64,000 nt of DNA from Antedon mediterranea (taxonomy: Eukaryota; Animalia; Echinodermata), in the NCBI RefSeq assembly GCF_964355755.1, contig NC_092676.1, positions 7,355,888-7,419,887 on the forward strand, given 5' to 3'. The number at the start of each line of letters is the position of its first letter. The first letter of the stretch is position 1. The position numbers were made by a program, and so were the translations under genes. Under the pieces are notes generated by a model. It did not search any database. It was given only the letters and a program-made list of their open reading frames with translations, and was not told where the DNA came from. This document shows positions 38,996 to 52,000 of the stretch, one piece after another.

Positions 38996-39227
38996 AATGA
39001 ACAGATTCTAAAATGAATAACAAGTGTTGTATTTGTAAAAAATGGTTTATTTTTTATTGCATTATTATCTAGGAATATTATTCAGTTGAAAAAGTCATCC
39101 TCATCAAGATATTTTATTCCCAATTACACTATAAAATTAACATAATAAATGATATTATGAAATGGCTATCATAATGGTGTTATGCATGATCAAAATAATT
39201 ACTGTAATCTGTGTATTGTATATATTA

Positions 39228-39411
39228 AGCTCTATCAACAATATCAAACTTTATGTGACAACAAAATGTGATGTGCCCATAAATGGAACAATGTCATGAC
39301 TCATGTCACTACATATTTGGGAATATCACTACCATATTTGGGCATATCACTACCATATTTGGGCACATCTCATTTTTTTTGTCCAACTAGTTTTATAGTG
39401 TAGACAGAGCT
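39228..39411. mobile_element. MITE family A copy (USH1C 3' region)
   Basis: TIRs and TTA TSD. Confidence 0.78.
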
Positions 39412-39596
39412 TTAGACTATCATGTCATAATATCAAGTAGTAGTTTTTGTTTTTCATAAGTTTAACATATATCACGGTGTCACATTTCTTCCAACATTTA
39501 AATTCTTGTAAGTGCGTACTTGAACTGTCTTTTAACTTGGCTTCAACTTGCAAGAGAAATCCTCAGTGTCATCACTGATCTTCTTCAAAAAGCGGT

Positions 39597-39717
39597 TTAA
39601 TACAAGGTATCGCTGTTGAAACTTTTGGTGAATTTTAGTACCTCTAGTTGGTGATCAGACGATAGTCCGCGGCGGTAAAACACGTCGGACGAGCGGGCGC
39701 GACCTTGCGGTATTTTA
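39597..39717 (-). CDS. USH1C: Candidate alternative terminal exon of harmonin (replaces TFF tail)
   Basis: GC-rich island with CAG acceptor (39720-39718), phase-compatible with exon 40782-40724; encodes KIPQGRARSSDVFYRRGLSSDHQLEVLKFTKSFNSDTLY-stop. Confidence 0.45.
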
Positions 39718-40456
39718 CTGGTAGTGAAATGAGATGCAATGGAATTATGTAATTGTTTTTACAGTATAATAAATATTCAATATGGATAAAAGTGAATGAT
39801 TCATTTACCCACATATACTACATAATCAGGCATGCACAAATATAAAACAGTGAATTAGTAGCTTTAGATTGTATGTCAAATTTAAAGGGGATTCTGGGTT
39901 TAAAATTGCTTTTAAATATTGTTTATTTACTACATTAAAAATATAACAATGTAGACATGTCAGAATGAAAAAGTAATAACGAGAAATAAAAAAAATGAAA
40001 TTTCATATACATTTTAGGGTAAATTCATGCAATGTCCGTTTTTAGCAGCTTAGGGAAGCTCATTAATAATCATGAGATATTCACAAAATCACGTCATCAG
40101 TCGATTCCAAACTGGTTGTGGCAAGGAATAGACGATGCATTCAATCTGTTCATATGATAGAATTATACCAGAAATTATATCACAACTAAACGTTGAACTG
40201 TGATAGATGGAAGAAAACAGATTTACTAGACTAAGTATGAAATGTTTTACATATTTGCATGAAATCAAATATTAACTAGGCCTACACTACGTCGTTGTAA
40301 TAATAAGTTCTGTGGTGATTTTCCTCGATTTACTCGCATGGCGATTTGTTCGTTCGATTGTTATTGATCCATTTAATAAGTTTAGTTTTAAACACTGCAG
40401 ATTCTATTCTATTTAGTAGAAATGTGCAAAAGAAAGTCTGCTAACCAGGATTTTAG

Positions 40457-43400
40457 TTAGAAGAACGTGCTGTAAGAGAAGAAAAGAAAGTTAAGGGACG
40501 AAAACATTAATTGTTTTTATTTCTCTTTAATTTGTAAGTTTTGATTTGGCATTTTCTATTATTAACAAATTAATAACAGAATGAAATTATGAACTCTTTT
40601 CATTGTTTAGGACAGTTAAACAGACAGTTAAAATAGAGATCTTCTATCTACTAGAAATCTAATTCTACATTTTAATGAAAAAATACTTTTGATTCTTAAG
40701 AAAGTATAGAAAACAGTACTTACACGCTGTCGTCAAAATTCCTGATGTGCGAAACTGCCACGATCATGCGTATCATTCCACTCTGCAGAAAAAAATGAAC
40801 ATTAGAACATTATTGTTTTATGATGTTATTATAATCGTATTATTATCGTAAAAATTATAAGTGTATTTGGAATATTGTTTATGCTTACAATAATATTCCA
40901 AACGTGTCACAGCTCGCCGCGCGGTGAAGCAGACGCTCTGGTGCGATAGCGGAACGGTATAATGTAATGTCTGTTCACGCTTACCTTCTTTACTTGATCT
41001 TCAAAGTAAGTCTCGGCCTCTTTTAACGAAATGTCTATAAAAGATTTTCCATCTACGAACATTATCTGATCCCCTACTTTAACATTCCCTAAATGAACAA
41101 AAACATGTAATTTGTTGTGTTATTTTAAAAGTGGAATTGATAATATATTAGTTAAAAAGTTAATTAATCACAGTTATGTTGTCGAACAACGATAAAACTT
41201 GTTTCTCACTAGAGAGGCAACGTAAGGACGTAACCGCAGCGCAAGCGAATTGACCAGTCACAAGCTGCAGGTCAAATAATCTCGCTCACGATTGGTCAAA
41301 TTTGTTGTCTTGCGTTTATGAACCAACCTACCTGATTTTTCAGCTTCCCCGCCTGGCTGTACGTCCGATACCTTTATTGCCCCCGAGAGTGGAGAGCTGA
41401 TACCACCTTCAATTTCAAAATCTAGTTGCTTGCATTTTAGTTCAACTTTCCGCAGTTCTCGGCCGTCTATCTGACGATCAGTAAACTGAAAACAATTTCA
41501 AGGAATCTGTTTACCTATATGACAATCTACACCGTTTTTACATACCATAGCCTGTGTTAAGGTTAGTTATTTAGCCAGTCAAGTTGTCTCCTACCACCAA
41601 AGTAGCGATAATTGTGAACATAAAACCATTTAAATGATTATGTTTATAATAATTATGACAATCGCACTGTAGTAGACACCGTTTTACGGTTATTACCCGC
41701 GTAAGTCGGTTCGTACCACCAGATTAGCGATTACTTTGAAACTAACTTACCCGGGAAATAACTGCTTATCTGTGCTTAGAATAGATAACGTATAAGGATT
41801 AATATATTACCAATTGTTCAGGAGTGGTTTTCCACCAGTCTTTGGGTACGTCCGTAGGTTTTTGTGGAGTAACAACAGATTTTTTCTCTTGTTTAGGAAC
41901 TTCCACTTGTGTTCTAGTTATCTCAGTCGTCGTTGGCTATAACATATGCAAAAATAAAAATGTTAATGAAAAATATACCATTACCAAATCTACAGCATGC
42001 AAAATACCGTATATTTTCGAGTGAAATTCGAGTACTGAAATTTCAAATTAGTTACCATTATACAGTACATATATTATTAGATTGTAACCGTGCATCGCGC
42101 ACGAATGTTACACACGTCATTAGCTACGATAATGAAAAATATTCAACAAAATGTTCTTTATGAAACATTAAGGAAATGTGCCGTCCGAGTGAAATTCGAG
42201 TTTGAAATTTACAATTACACCAGATGATACAGTACAAATAATACTGTATTAGCTTTTACTCGTGCCTAGAACAGATGTTACACGCGTGTAACGTGCTATA
42301 CATTGGTAAAAACTATGAGAATATATCTATTAATGATGATTAAATAATAAAGAAGTAAACACAACTCACCACTTTTGGGAGAACTACCATCTGGAGAGAG
42401 GTGTTAGACTTAATGGCTTTAATAGCCTCATCGTGTGAAACGTTCCTCATATTTACACCATTAGCCTCTAATATCTGATCACCAGGCTTTAAAACAAATA
42501 TCAAGCGAAAATTGTCTTGGGTATTATGCATATCATTCCTATGTTGTTTAATAACTACCTTCCCAAGTACATTACTCTCTTACACAGCGAAAGAATAACT
42601 TGCCATTTCTCTCTGACTGTTTATTTTTACGTTTTGTGATACTAATATGTTTACCTTAACTAGAATGGTGTGGTATGTTTGTGTGTGTTTCTTTCTTATA
42701 TATATACTTCATATATCGGTATATGGAAACACGTCATTATATTTCCATAATTATTTGCCTTAACATAAATCTATAACACTTGTATGAATTCTTGTAGGCC
42801 TATTTCATTGCCGCTTTTTGGGCAGTGATCATCATTCACCTTAATACCAGCTTTATCTGCCGGAGAGTCGGCGGAAACCCGCTGTACGTAAATCCCCATA
42901 TCTATACTGATAACGCCACATCCAAGACGTTCGCCGTTTGACAGATCAATATTAACTGTCCTCTTGTCCGAATTTTCTTCTACAGTTTCAAATGAATCTA
43001 TCACGTCATCCTGCAAAAGAATACGTTATTGTGATGGCGCGAGTTACTCTCTTTTCTGCATGATTAATTAATTAAATGACGTAATGCATCAAGTGACGTA
43101 AATACGTAGAAATATTTTTTGCGGGTACTGGTGACCAGTGCACGTTATGCCAAGATGTGTTGTCAGGAAATTATGCCTACGAATTAATTTAGTTTCTTTG
43201 TATTTAGAAGCACTCATTTTAAAGTAAAATAAATCCAGTGGTTAGATCCAATTTCCAGAAGCTAATCATACAACATAACATTGGACGTAAGACAAACATA
43301 ATAGAGTGCTTATACGTACCAAAAATGAAGTAGCTGCGAAGCCTACGTCAGTTAAAAACTTCCACGTGATTGGATCAGTCGCTCCTTTCTTAATTGGCGT

Positions 43401-46032
43401 CATTCCTACATCTATATTAGAAAACGATTAGAAAACATTACATTTACAAAACCGCTGACCAATCTTTTGTCTCCATTAAAATAATCTTATAGTTTTAAAT
43501 TGTCTATTTAAATTAGACTACTTCGGTTATGTTTTTTAGGGACAGGCAGACCAATAATCTCACAAAAAAAAACAAAAAAAAACCTAATATTCATCTAATT
43601 TTTTTTCTTTGATATCAAATATAGGTTTTCATAGCGCCGTTTTTTAAAGAATGTATACAGCGCCCTCTATATCGTCACACAAATTTGGTTTCTTTTTTTT
43701 TGATTCAAACATTCTCAATGTATTCTTATCACACTTGTGTGTTCATCCATGTAAACAGTATGTAACTTACAGCGAACTTTAATAACGATGTTCCTTCGCA
43801 TTTTCATCAATGCTACTACTTCACTGTGTGTAGCCTGACTTAATTTGAAGCCGTTTACTCGCAGTACTTCATCACCAGCCTAGCGAATCAAAACACAGTA
43901 ATAGTTGGCTGTTAGAAATAGGGCTTCAGAGAAAGTAGGTTGCAATGTATGATCATTTATAGAATGCACTAATATAAATGTAGGCCTACACTACATACGT
44001 ACCCTGAGACCTTTTCTGTCGGCCTGTGATTTTGGTAGCACCTCTGAAATGTAAATTCCCACTCCAAATTCAGCTCCTCCTCGAATATGAAATCCCAAGG
44101 ATTCGCCATCCTTTCCAACCAGTTTGACTGATCGGATCTCCTTGCTTCATACAACAGTATTATAATAATTTAACATGTTCAAATTATTTTATTCAAAAAG
44201 ATGCACAAGACAATCTAAAAACATGTTGACGCGCTTTTTCCAGACAGGAACTCGTAACAGTCCTTTGATCTTATGTCTGGCTCCGACAAATACTAAAAGC
44301 ACTGTACTATGTACATATTCTCTGCGGTGTCTCTTAACCAAACCAATCGAAAATCACTCAAAAAGTTTAGGGGACGTGGAACTGATCGTATCGCAGCCAC
44401 AGATGAACTCTTTGATCTCAGCATCATGTTTTTAGATTTTCTTGATTAATGCAATATGGTTTTGTTTAGTAGCAAGTTTAGATAGAAATTAGATAGGAAA
44501 GTGATGATGACTGATGAGGTTAGGGGGTTAAGTTACCTTATTTGTGAAGGACAGAGCACGTCATACTGTTTCTGATGAGCGGCTGGTATAAAAGGTCTAA
44601 TTGCAGTAAATACAGCCAGCCGTTTTGGGGTACATAACACTTCTTTCAGCTTCGTTATTAACTCTTTCAATTTTTTATTACTGTAAATAAATGAAAACCA
44701 AACGTACTCAAACGGAATTTAGATTTAGTGTGGTCAATTATGTAGTTGTTGATATATTGTATATAAGCCTACTCATTGAAGGTAGCATAAAAAAGTATAA
44801 TATAATTATTATATTGGAAATATTTGGAAGGGCTTAACCCTAGGTTAAAGGATTTTTCACACCTGTTCCAGCACGGTTCCGGTCGACCCTCTCTACGCGG
44901 CTATACGTCAATCGATATGCACATAGCCCAGTGAAAACGAAACATTGACGTTCCATTTGCCGACGCCGAACAAGAACCGTGCCGGAACAGAAATGAAAGA
45001 CCATTAAAGCCTTATTTCCACAGACAAATTGTATTTGCTATGTGTGTTGGCTATTACGCATGTGTTCATGTTTCCATCTATTTTTGTGACTAACAAGTGC
45101 GCAGCCAATCAGCGCAGGTATTTTTTGATTCGCACGATCACCCGGCCGGTATACTTCTTGCCTAGTGGAAAATAACCTTAAATATAGATTGTCCCCCTTA
45201 ACCAATAAATGTTTTTGTTGAATATGCTATGCTGCTCACATAATAGCTATTTACTTTGACAAAAAATTACATCAAAAACGAATTATTTACCTGAAAACTG
45301 TAATTTAAAGCAACAAATCGGTTAAAATTAACCGTTTATTCTGTCTTTTTATAAATGAACTTTTTTTTTTCTACGGGAGTGATTAACTTTACTAAAACTG
45401 TGAAATGGCCTATTCAAAGTCTTTTATTCTAAATCTTCATTTTTCATGTTTTGGAGTACAATACATCTTTAATGTATAATGCGGTCAAGTAATATCTATA
45501 TCATAATAGGCTTACCTATGATAGTCTCGCATTGTCTGGTACAATTTATCCTTATCTTCACCCTCACCGACCAGCATTTGTACCTACGGTATACGTTGGT
45601 TGAGTTAGTTTTTATTTCATTACGCTAGGTCTACTTTAACAAAATGTCAACAATTCAGGCTATGTTTTAAATTGTGCCACCATAGCTTGTCGAAAGGTCC
45701 TTTCCAAGTAGTCCTATGCTAATATTTTATTTTACAAGAAACAGGCACCCTTTACAATAGTGAGGGTGCTAACATGTATATATAAATGAGAGAACATGGA
45801 GTTAATAATGCATCTATATGCCATTGATGAATTGAAATTATAAGATACATTTGGTAGGGCTCACTGTTCACTTTACTAGTAGTAGATATTGAGTCCATGT
45901 CTTAGACGATTTCTGTTTAATCTCTATCATATTATTTAAAACTAAATAATCTCTGGGCCCTAGAATTGTAAAAAACTAAAATACGGTACTTACAGCCATT
46001 TGAAAATCTTTCATGGCCGATTTTCTATCCAT
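40457..46032 (-). CDS. USH1C: Harmonin (Usher syndrome 1C) homolog, NTD-PDZ1-PDZ2-PDZ3 with C-terminal TFF, 13 exons, ~445 aa
   Basis: Minus-strand exons 46032-45994 (MDRKSAMKDFQMA), 45583-45516, 44680-44537 (RLAVFTAIRPFIP), 44144-44003 (LGFHIRGGAEFGVGIYIS), 43879-43771, 43411-43320 (DPITWKF), 43010-42840, 42486-42370, 41936-41811, 41485-41332 (IEGGISSPL), 41088-40985, 40782-40724 (NFDDSV), 40469-40457 (TFF-stop); sum 1338 nt, all GT-AG. N- and C-termini resemble human harmonin-a (MDRKVA...DDELTFF). Confidence 0.92.
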
Positions 46033-46687
46033 TTTAATGCTGTTATTTTTGTGTGTAAATTTGCTCGAATTACTGATCTATCTACACGGCCGGGTTAGTG
46101 GTATTATATTAGTCTGTTTAGTCATGTGTACTTTAACCAGGCAGATAAACACTTTGTTTACCTATAGAGATCTCTATGCTTTACCTGCCTGGTTAAAGTA
46201 CAATAGTGTATGTTTTTAAGCGTTTGGATTAACATATTTATTGGACTTTAGACAGTTAATTGTGTTGTCAACAATGTGGCTGGATTATGGTTATTTATAG
46301 CATTGTATAATGTGTCTTATAATGTACATATTGCATTCAAAAAATACAGGTTAATAAAAATGACAAGTTATCGTATGTCACATTAAAAAAGGATGTTCCA
46401 GATTAATTAATAATAATGTACGTAATTCATTGACGTGACGCGCATCGAAAATGTATTTTATAGAGGGCGACATACAGAATGAGAGATTTTGGAGATAAAA
46501 ACTACGGACGCGACGGTAAACAAACATTTGGCCGGTACGTACGGTACGTGTAAACGGAAGATTTTAAATTCTAAAAACATGTAGTAAGGTCAACCTGTAT
46601 TTACTTCATGTCCATGACTTTGATAATGCTTTTCGTATATTATCTATTTGTGCTATTAATAACGGATTTTCGCTCGTAACTGATCAG
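46033..46687. promoter_or_regulatory. Probable bidirectional promoter between USH1C (-) and KIAA1549-like (+)
   Basis: CpG-rich patch 46430-46560 (TGACGTGACGCG, CGGAAG) and donor CAG|GTATGT at 46687/46688 suggesting a 5' UTR exon; USH1C ATG at 46032 on the other strand. Confidence 0.5.
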
Positions 46688-48447
46688 GTATGTACGTGAA
46701 TGTCTTAATTAGGCCTTGAGCTAGGCCTTTCTGTAGGCCTCCTCCTCTAGCTAGTCACGTCTAGACTAGGCCTAGCCAGCCTTGTAAGTTGTAGCTAAAC
46801 TACCGTGTACAGTAGTTTAGCCTACTGTACTAGTTGGTTGGTTGTGGAAGGCCATAACAGAATCGTGGCCGAGTCATCCTCCTTCTCTGTGCCTGTGTAT
46901 TGTTGTCTATCCATCTCTAGGTCAATAGTTCTATATTGATAATATTAATATAGTTGGTAGAATTGGTCCGTTTATAGCTAGGTTTATACAGGTATAGGCC
47001 TAGGCCTATATTTATTTCTTTCTGTAATAAATGTCAATCTTTTTTCATAATTTATTATTTCATATAAAATTGTTCTTGATTATATTGCACAATATCCGAA
47101 ATAAATCAGAATAACATGAATATGATATTAGATATATTTGAAGTAATGTATTGATCTTTAGAAGTTCTATATATAGCGTATTAATATTTAATATTTTTGT
47201 GTTAATTTATTATTAATAAATTGTGTTCCTGTCAGTTTATGTTAAATAAAAAAAAAATTAATAAAACAAAAATATTAATTACATTATTGAACACAATTTA
47301 AACATTTAAAACTACAGTATTATTATTTAATTGCCAGTGTTAAGTCCTGATTCAGTGCTTGTCAATGCCATACTGAAGAGTTTACAATTTTCAACCATGC
47401 TATTGCTAATGGAAAATAATACACACATGATTGACCATGCCTATACCCCATGTCTCTTCCGTCAAGTTTAATCATTATATAAGCAGTGATAAAATACAGT
47501 AAAAATTTTATAAAAATGCTTGGTCAATTGTAGATCATGGAAGTCAATGAATTCTACTACAAATAAAAATGTGTATGAATAATACACTATTGTGTGTACA
47601 GTAGATGCATGTGGCGGGGTGTTTATTCTAAATTATGTTCTTTTCGAGGGAGGTGTTTATTCATTGAATAAATACGGTATAGGGGATGGAGGTGTGCGGA
47701 AGGTCGGATGCGTCCTTCCATCTGTAAAGTCGCAACTGTGATGGAAGTCTAAACACCAATTTCTTCTCCACGAAATATTTAGTCGCGTGCAAAAACGACT
47801 CTACAGCTCACTATGTCGGTCGGTAAACACTAACTCAACTTTGCGCACGCAACTGCAGCTATGTACATGGCATTGACACTTTCATGCAATGCAATGAACA
47901 AATTCTACTATTTTATTATTCTTTTATTGATTGTGTTATAAAAATCAATACACCAAGAGAACAATAATATTCTGGTTTTGCATCTTGTTTTATATTTACA
48001 GTAACAATTCCATGGCAGCAATTTATAGCTTAGAATAAGAAATTGTATTTTCCAAATCACAATAATAATCATACAAATACAGTACACTAACAAAATATTT
48101 ACTTCTTCATCATCCTTTGTTATCGGCAACATGATATTTGTATGTTATTCATATTGACTGTGTTATGTAATGGATGGTACTAAAAATATTATATGATTCG
48201 ACATCATCTTCCTATACTGTGCACTGCAGAACCTCATTTGAGTATAGTCGTACATAAGTTGGTCACATTTATGCAGCCGGGCTTCCTAATTCTCCTCAAA
48301 TTTTGTTTTCCACACATTTCATATTATTATTACATTACATCTTTTTTTTAAAGATAATTTCAGATTGCACTTACTGTAGCGTATTGTATTCTTGAATACA
48401 CTACAGTAATAATGTAGTGGTTGCTAATAATATTTATTCGTTTTTAA

Positions 48448-48603
48448 AGCCCTGTCTACACTAGCAAACTAGTTATTACAAAAAAAGTGTGCCCAAATAT
48501 GGTAGTGATGTGCCCAAATATGGTAGTTATATGACATCATCATGTCCATATATGAGCACATCACATCTTTTTGTCAAACTAATTTGATAGTGTAGACAGA
48601 GCT
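48448..48603. mobile_element. MITE family A copy
   Basis: TIRs and family core. Confidence 0.78.
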
Positions 48604-49031
48604 TTACGCTTTAATTTCTAATCTGTATACATTATTCTCAATCAGTATTTCTAGTTCATTCTCACCGTGTTTCTTATTTCATTATGACCTTATAAAATGT
48701 AGGTCGCATTACATAATAATCAATACAGTTTATAATAGATGAGGACATACTGTATTAATTTGATCTCTGTTGCATGTGCGTATAATTTAGATATCTAGTG
48801 CTTTTCCAATGGCAATAGGAGATGTCTGCTTAAAGTAAGAAAATTCCATGTTCAATCTCTATGTGGGACGCTTTTTTGCACTTCATCATTAATTAATTTT
48901 TTTCCAATGATCATCGGTCATTTTAGAGTTTCTTGGATGCATGTCAAATAAATATATGGTTTCACATTGTTCTTAATCAATAGGATATCAGCATGATAGA
49001 AGAAACATATAAATAGACCCAGCAGGGGACA

Positions 49032-52000
49032 ATGGAGACACAGCTGTTGGAGATTGTGACAAAAAAGAACATATATGGACCTTTTGCAAGATGTTCCATA
49101 TTCCTGATCAGTGTATCATTGATTGCAGCAACAAAGACAGGTTTGGTTTAATGAAAAAAATAGTATTTCCCATTTGATCCAGAAGTAGGCCCACTCATGT
49201 CAAATTGCCCAATGATCTTCTCCCATGTTTGAATTAATTTTCATGCAAAATGATCTACGAAGGCCCTTTGATATCAAACTGTCATGTCAATAATTAGCTA
49301 GCTAGTAGCAACAGTGAAATCCGTACTTTAGGACACATTCATAGAGACTCCCGATTCATGGGACACCCCTAGATAAGGTACACCCCAATTCAGAGGACAC
49401 CCTTATTCAGGGTACACACCCCTTTTCAAGGGATAAGAGGACACTTTCTAATGAAACAAATAAGGGGGCAATATATTAACCTTGGGTTCCAAAGGTGTTT
49501 CCTTAATAGAGGTTCTACTTAATTAATGTAATCTAACTGTAATAATATCACCCTTTAAAAGTTCACTGTTTTCTTCATTTTTTAGAAGCTGCCACTATAC
49601 CTCTGGAGCCCTCTCCATCTGTCACAAGCAGGATAGACCAACTGCAAACGGTGTTGCAATCTTCTGATACCAACAACCTCCCAACACAATCGGCACCATT
49701 CACCAGTAGACTTACAAATGATGATGTTCCCACTGCTACTCCTGCTCTGTCATCAGTGGTGACCACCCTGACATCAGGTGAGGATGATGTGATGTTGCAG
49801 ATCATGAGTAGTAGTAGAGAAGATGGAACGGAGAAAACTATGCCAATGATCACACCAAGTGAGATTATGTCACAAGAGGAAGACCTACTTGTAGTACTGA
49901 CATCCACATTAGTTGGTAGTCTACTGCTAACAACTGATGACCTGTTGACATCTTATAATGGATTACCTATAGAAAGCACAGCTTTTCAGTCAACTTCTTT
50001 GTTTGCTTTTAATGATCAATCACTCAGTCATATCAAGACAGACAGTGAAGAGCTGACATTGCTAACATCAGAATCCATAAGGATGGCTTCAGATGTTTCT
50101 AAGACCCTTTTAAAAGATTTTATTTCAACTTCTGACAATATTGATGTTGATATTTTGACTTCAGCTGGTTTTGATAGTCAATTTTCTACAATCAGTATGT
50201 CACAAAGTGTCCTGGAGTTTATGCAACCGTCATCATTATTGCCATTCCAACTATCTGAAATGATTTCATCTGAAATGATGTCATCTGAAATTGGTAGAAC
50301 TGACAATTATGTATCAGAGTATAAGAGTACTTATAGCATCTTGGAATCAAGTTATGTAGAATTTGTAAGTAGCTTTGAAGATTTACTATCAATTGGTGAC
50401 ATAAGACAACCTTCAACAAGAAGTGGAATGACCACAGAAGGTATGTTATTCAGTACAATTGTGCAGACAGTGTCATCCTATGTGGATATGGAAAACTCTG
50501 ACATTGTGATATCAAAAGACCTTGATGATGTAACATCTCTGCTTCAAACACAACCACTTTCATCATCAGTCACCTATTTGGCAGGTTCCTCTATCACACC
50601 AGTAGACTATTCTTCTAAGGAAGCCATGAGCATTGTCCCAAGTCCAGTCACCTTGTCTGGAACAACAGTTTTAGAAGAATCAAATATGTTACTGTCTTCT
50701 GAAACATTCTGGGATACCATGTTAGGACAATCAGCTTTTTCATCAGAATCACAGACACCATCTTTCATTTCAGTGTACGAAAGTTACAGTTTTGATGGAA
50801 GTAGAGTTTCAGCGACTCAATCTTCACCATCACAATTCCAAACACCATCATTGACATCAATGGATATTGGCCAATATTCTGAAGAGCATTCTTTAATACA
50901 AGTAACAACTTTATTCGATTCAACTGAAGTTCCTTCTGTGGAACCCATCATAATTTGTTTCACCACAATAGTGACATTGCCAAGTTCAATGGCAACATTT
51001 CAGTTTGGCGGTACTTTAAACACACCAGATATTACATTATCAGAAGAGAGTTCTACACAGAGTCGCTACTGGTACTCCACAGATATAAATTCCACACAAT
51101 ACAATAACTGGCCAACAATGGAAGACAGCTTAAAACCATCTCATTTGGAAGTTTCATCAGTCTTGCAAGAGAATATGGAAACTACTCCTTACATGATTTG
51201 GAAATCAATTACAGACCACTCTTCTGACACAAAGTACTTGACAAGAAGTGATACACAGGAAAGTTACCAGACTACCTTTGTATCTACATTATTTGAAGAG
51301 AGTTTGGTTTACAGTACTATTACATTAGAATATTCTTCTGGACTTGAGGCAGAAGACATGCATATGGTGTCTAGTGCAGAAGTTGATATCAATACCTTGG
51401 GTGTTCATCATGTAGAAAAGCGAGCAGCTCTTGTCGATCAGTCTTCTCAGATTGAAACTGAACAATCTCTTTTGATGTCAAGTAAATTGGAGCCATTAAC
51501 TTCATTAGATCTGCAAAGTAGTATATTAACATCTGGTGTTACAGAGTCTTTTATGTTTTCTAATATTGAAACATCTCTTGATAATCCTACAGCAACTGAT
51601 ATGGAACTGATTGTAACCACAACCTTACAACCAACATTGTTTGCAGAACCATCAATAGTGGATAGTAGTCTTCGTGAGATACTAGACATTATTTATGCTA
51701 CATCTTCTGGAACTTTCACTGAAACAATGTATTTGTCAAGTTTCACTGGAACCCTGTTACCAAGTTCCTCTGAGACTCCATCATTAGTGTTGGATTTTAG
51801 CAGTCTTTTAGAACGTTCAGACATGCTTAGCGGCATCTATACCAGCCCATCAATAAACCTTACCACTCAGTCATTCTCTCCATCATTGTCTGGTGCTTTG
51901 TTACAGACAACAGAAAGCAATTTCAGCAATGCACTTGACATCAGCACCTTCATAAGTACTATTTATGCCACCAGTCTAATAACCCTTTCAGACATAACAA

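Noticed and set aside
44834-44845. TTAACCCTA telomerase-template-like word
   Set aside because: Isolated 9-mer with no pseudoknot or H/ACA context; expected by chance.
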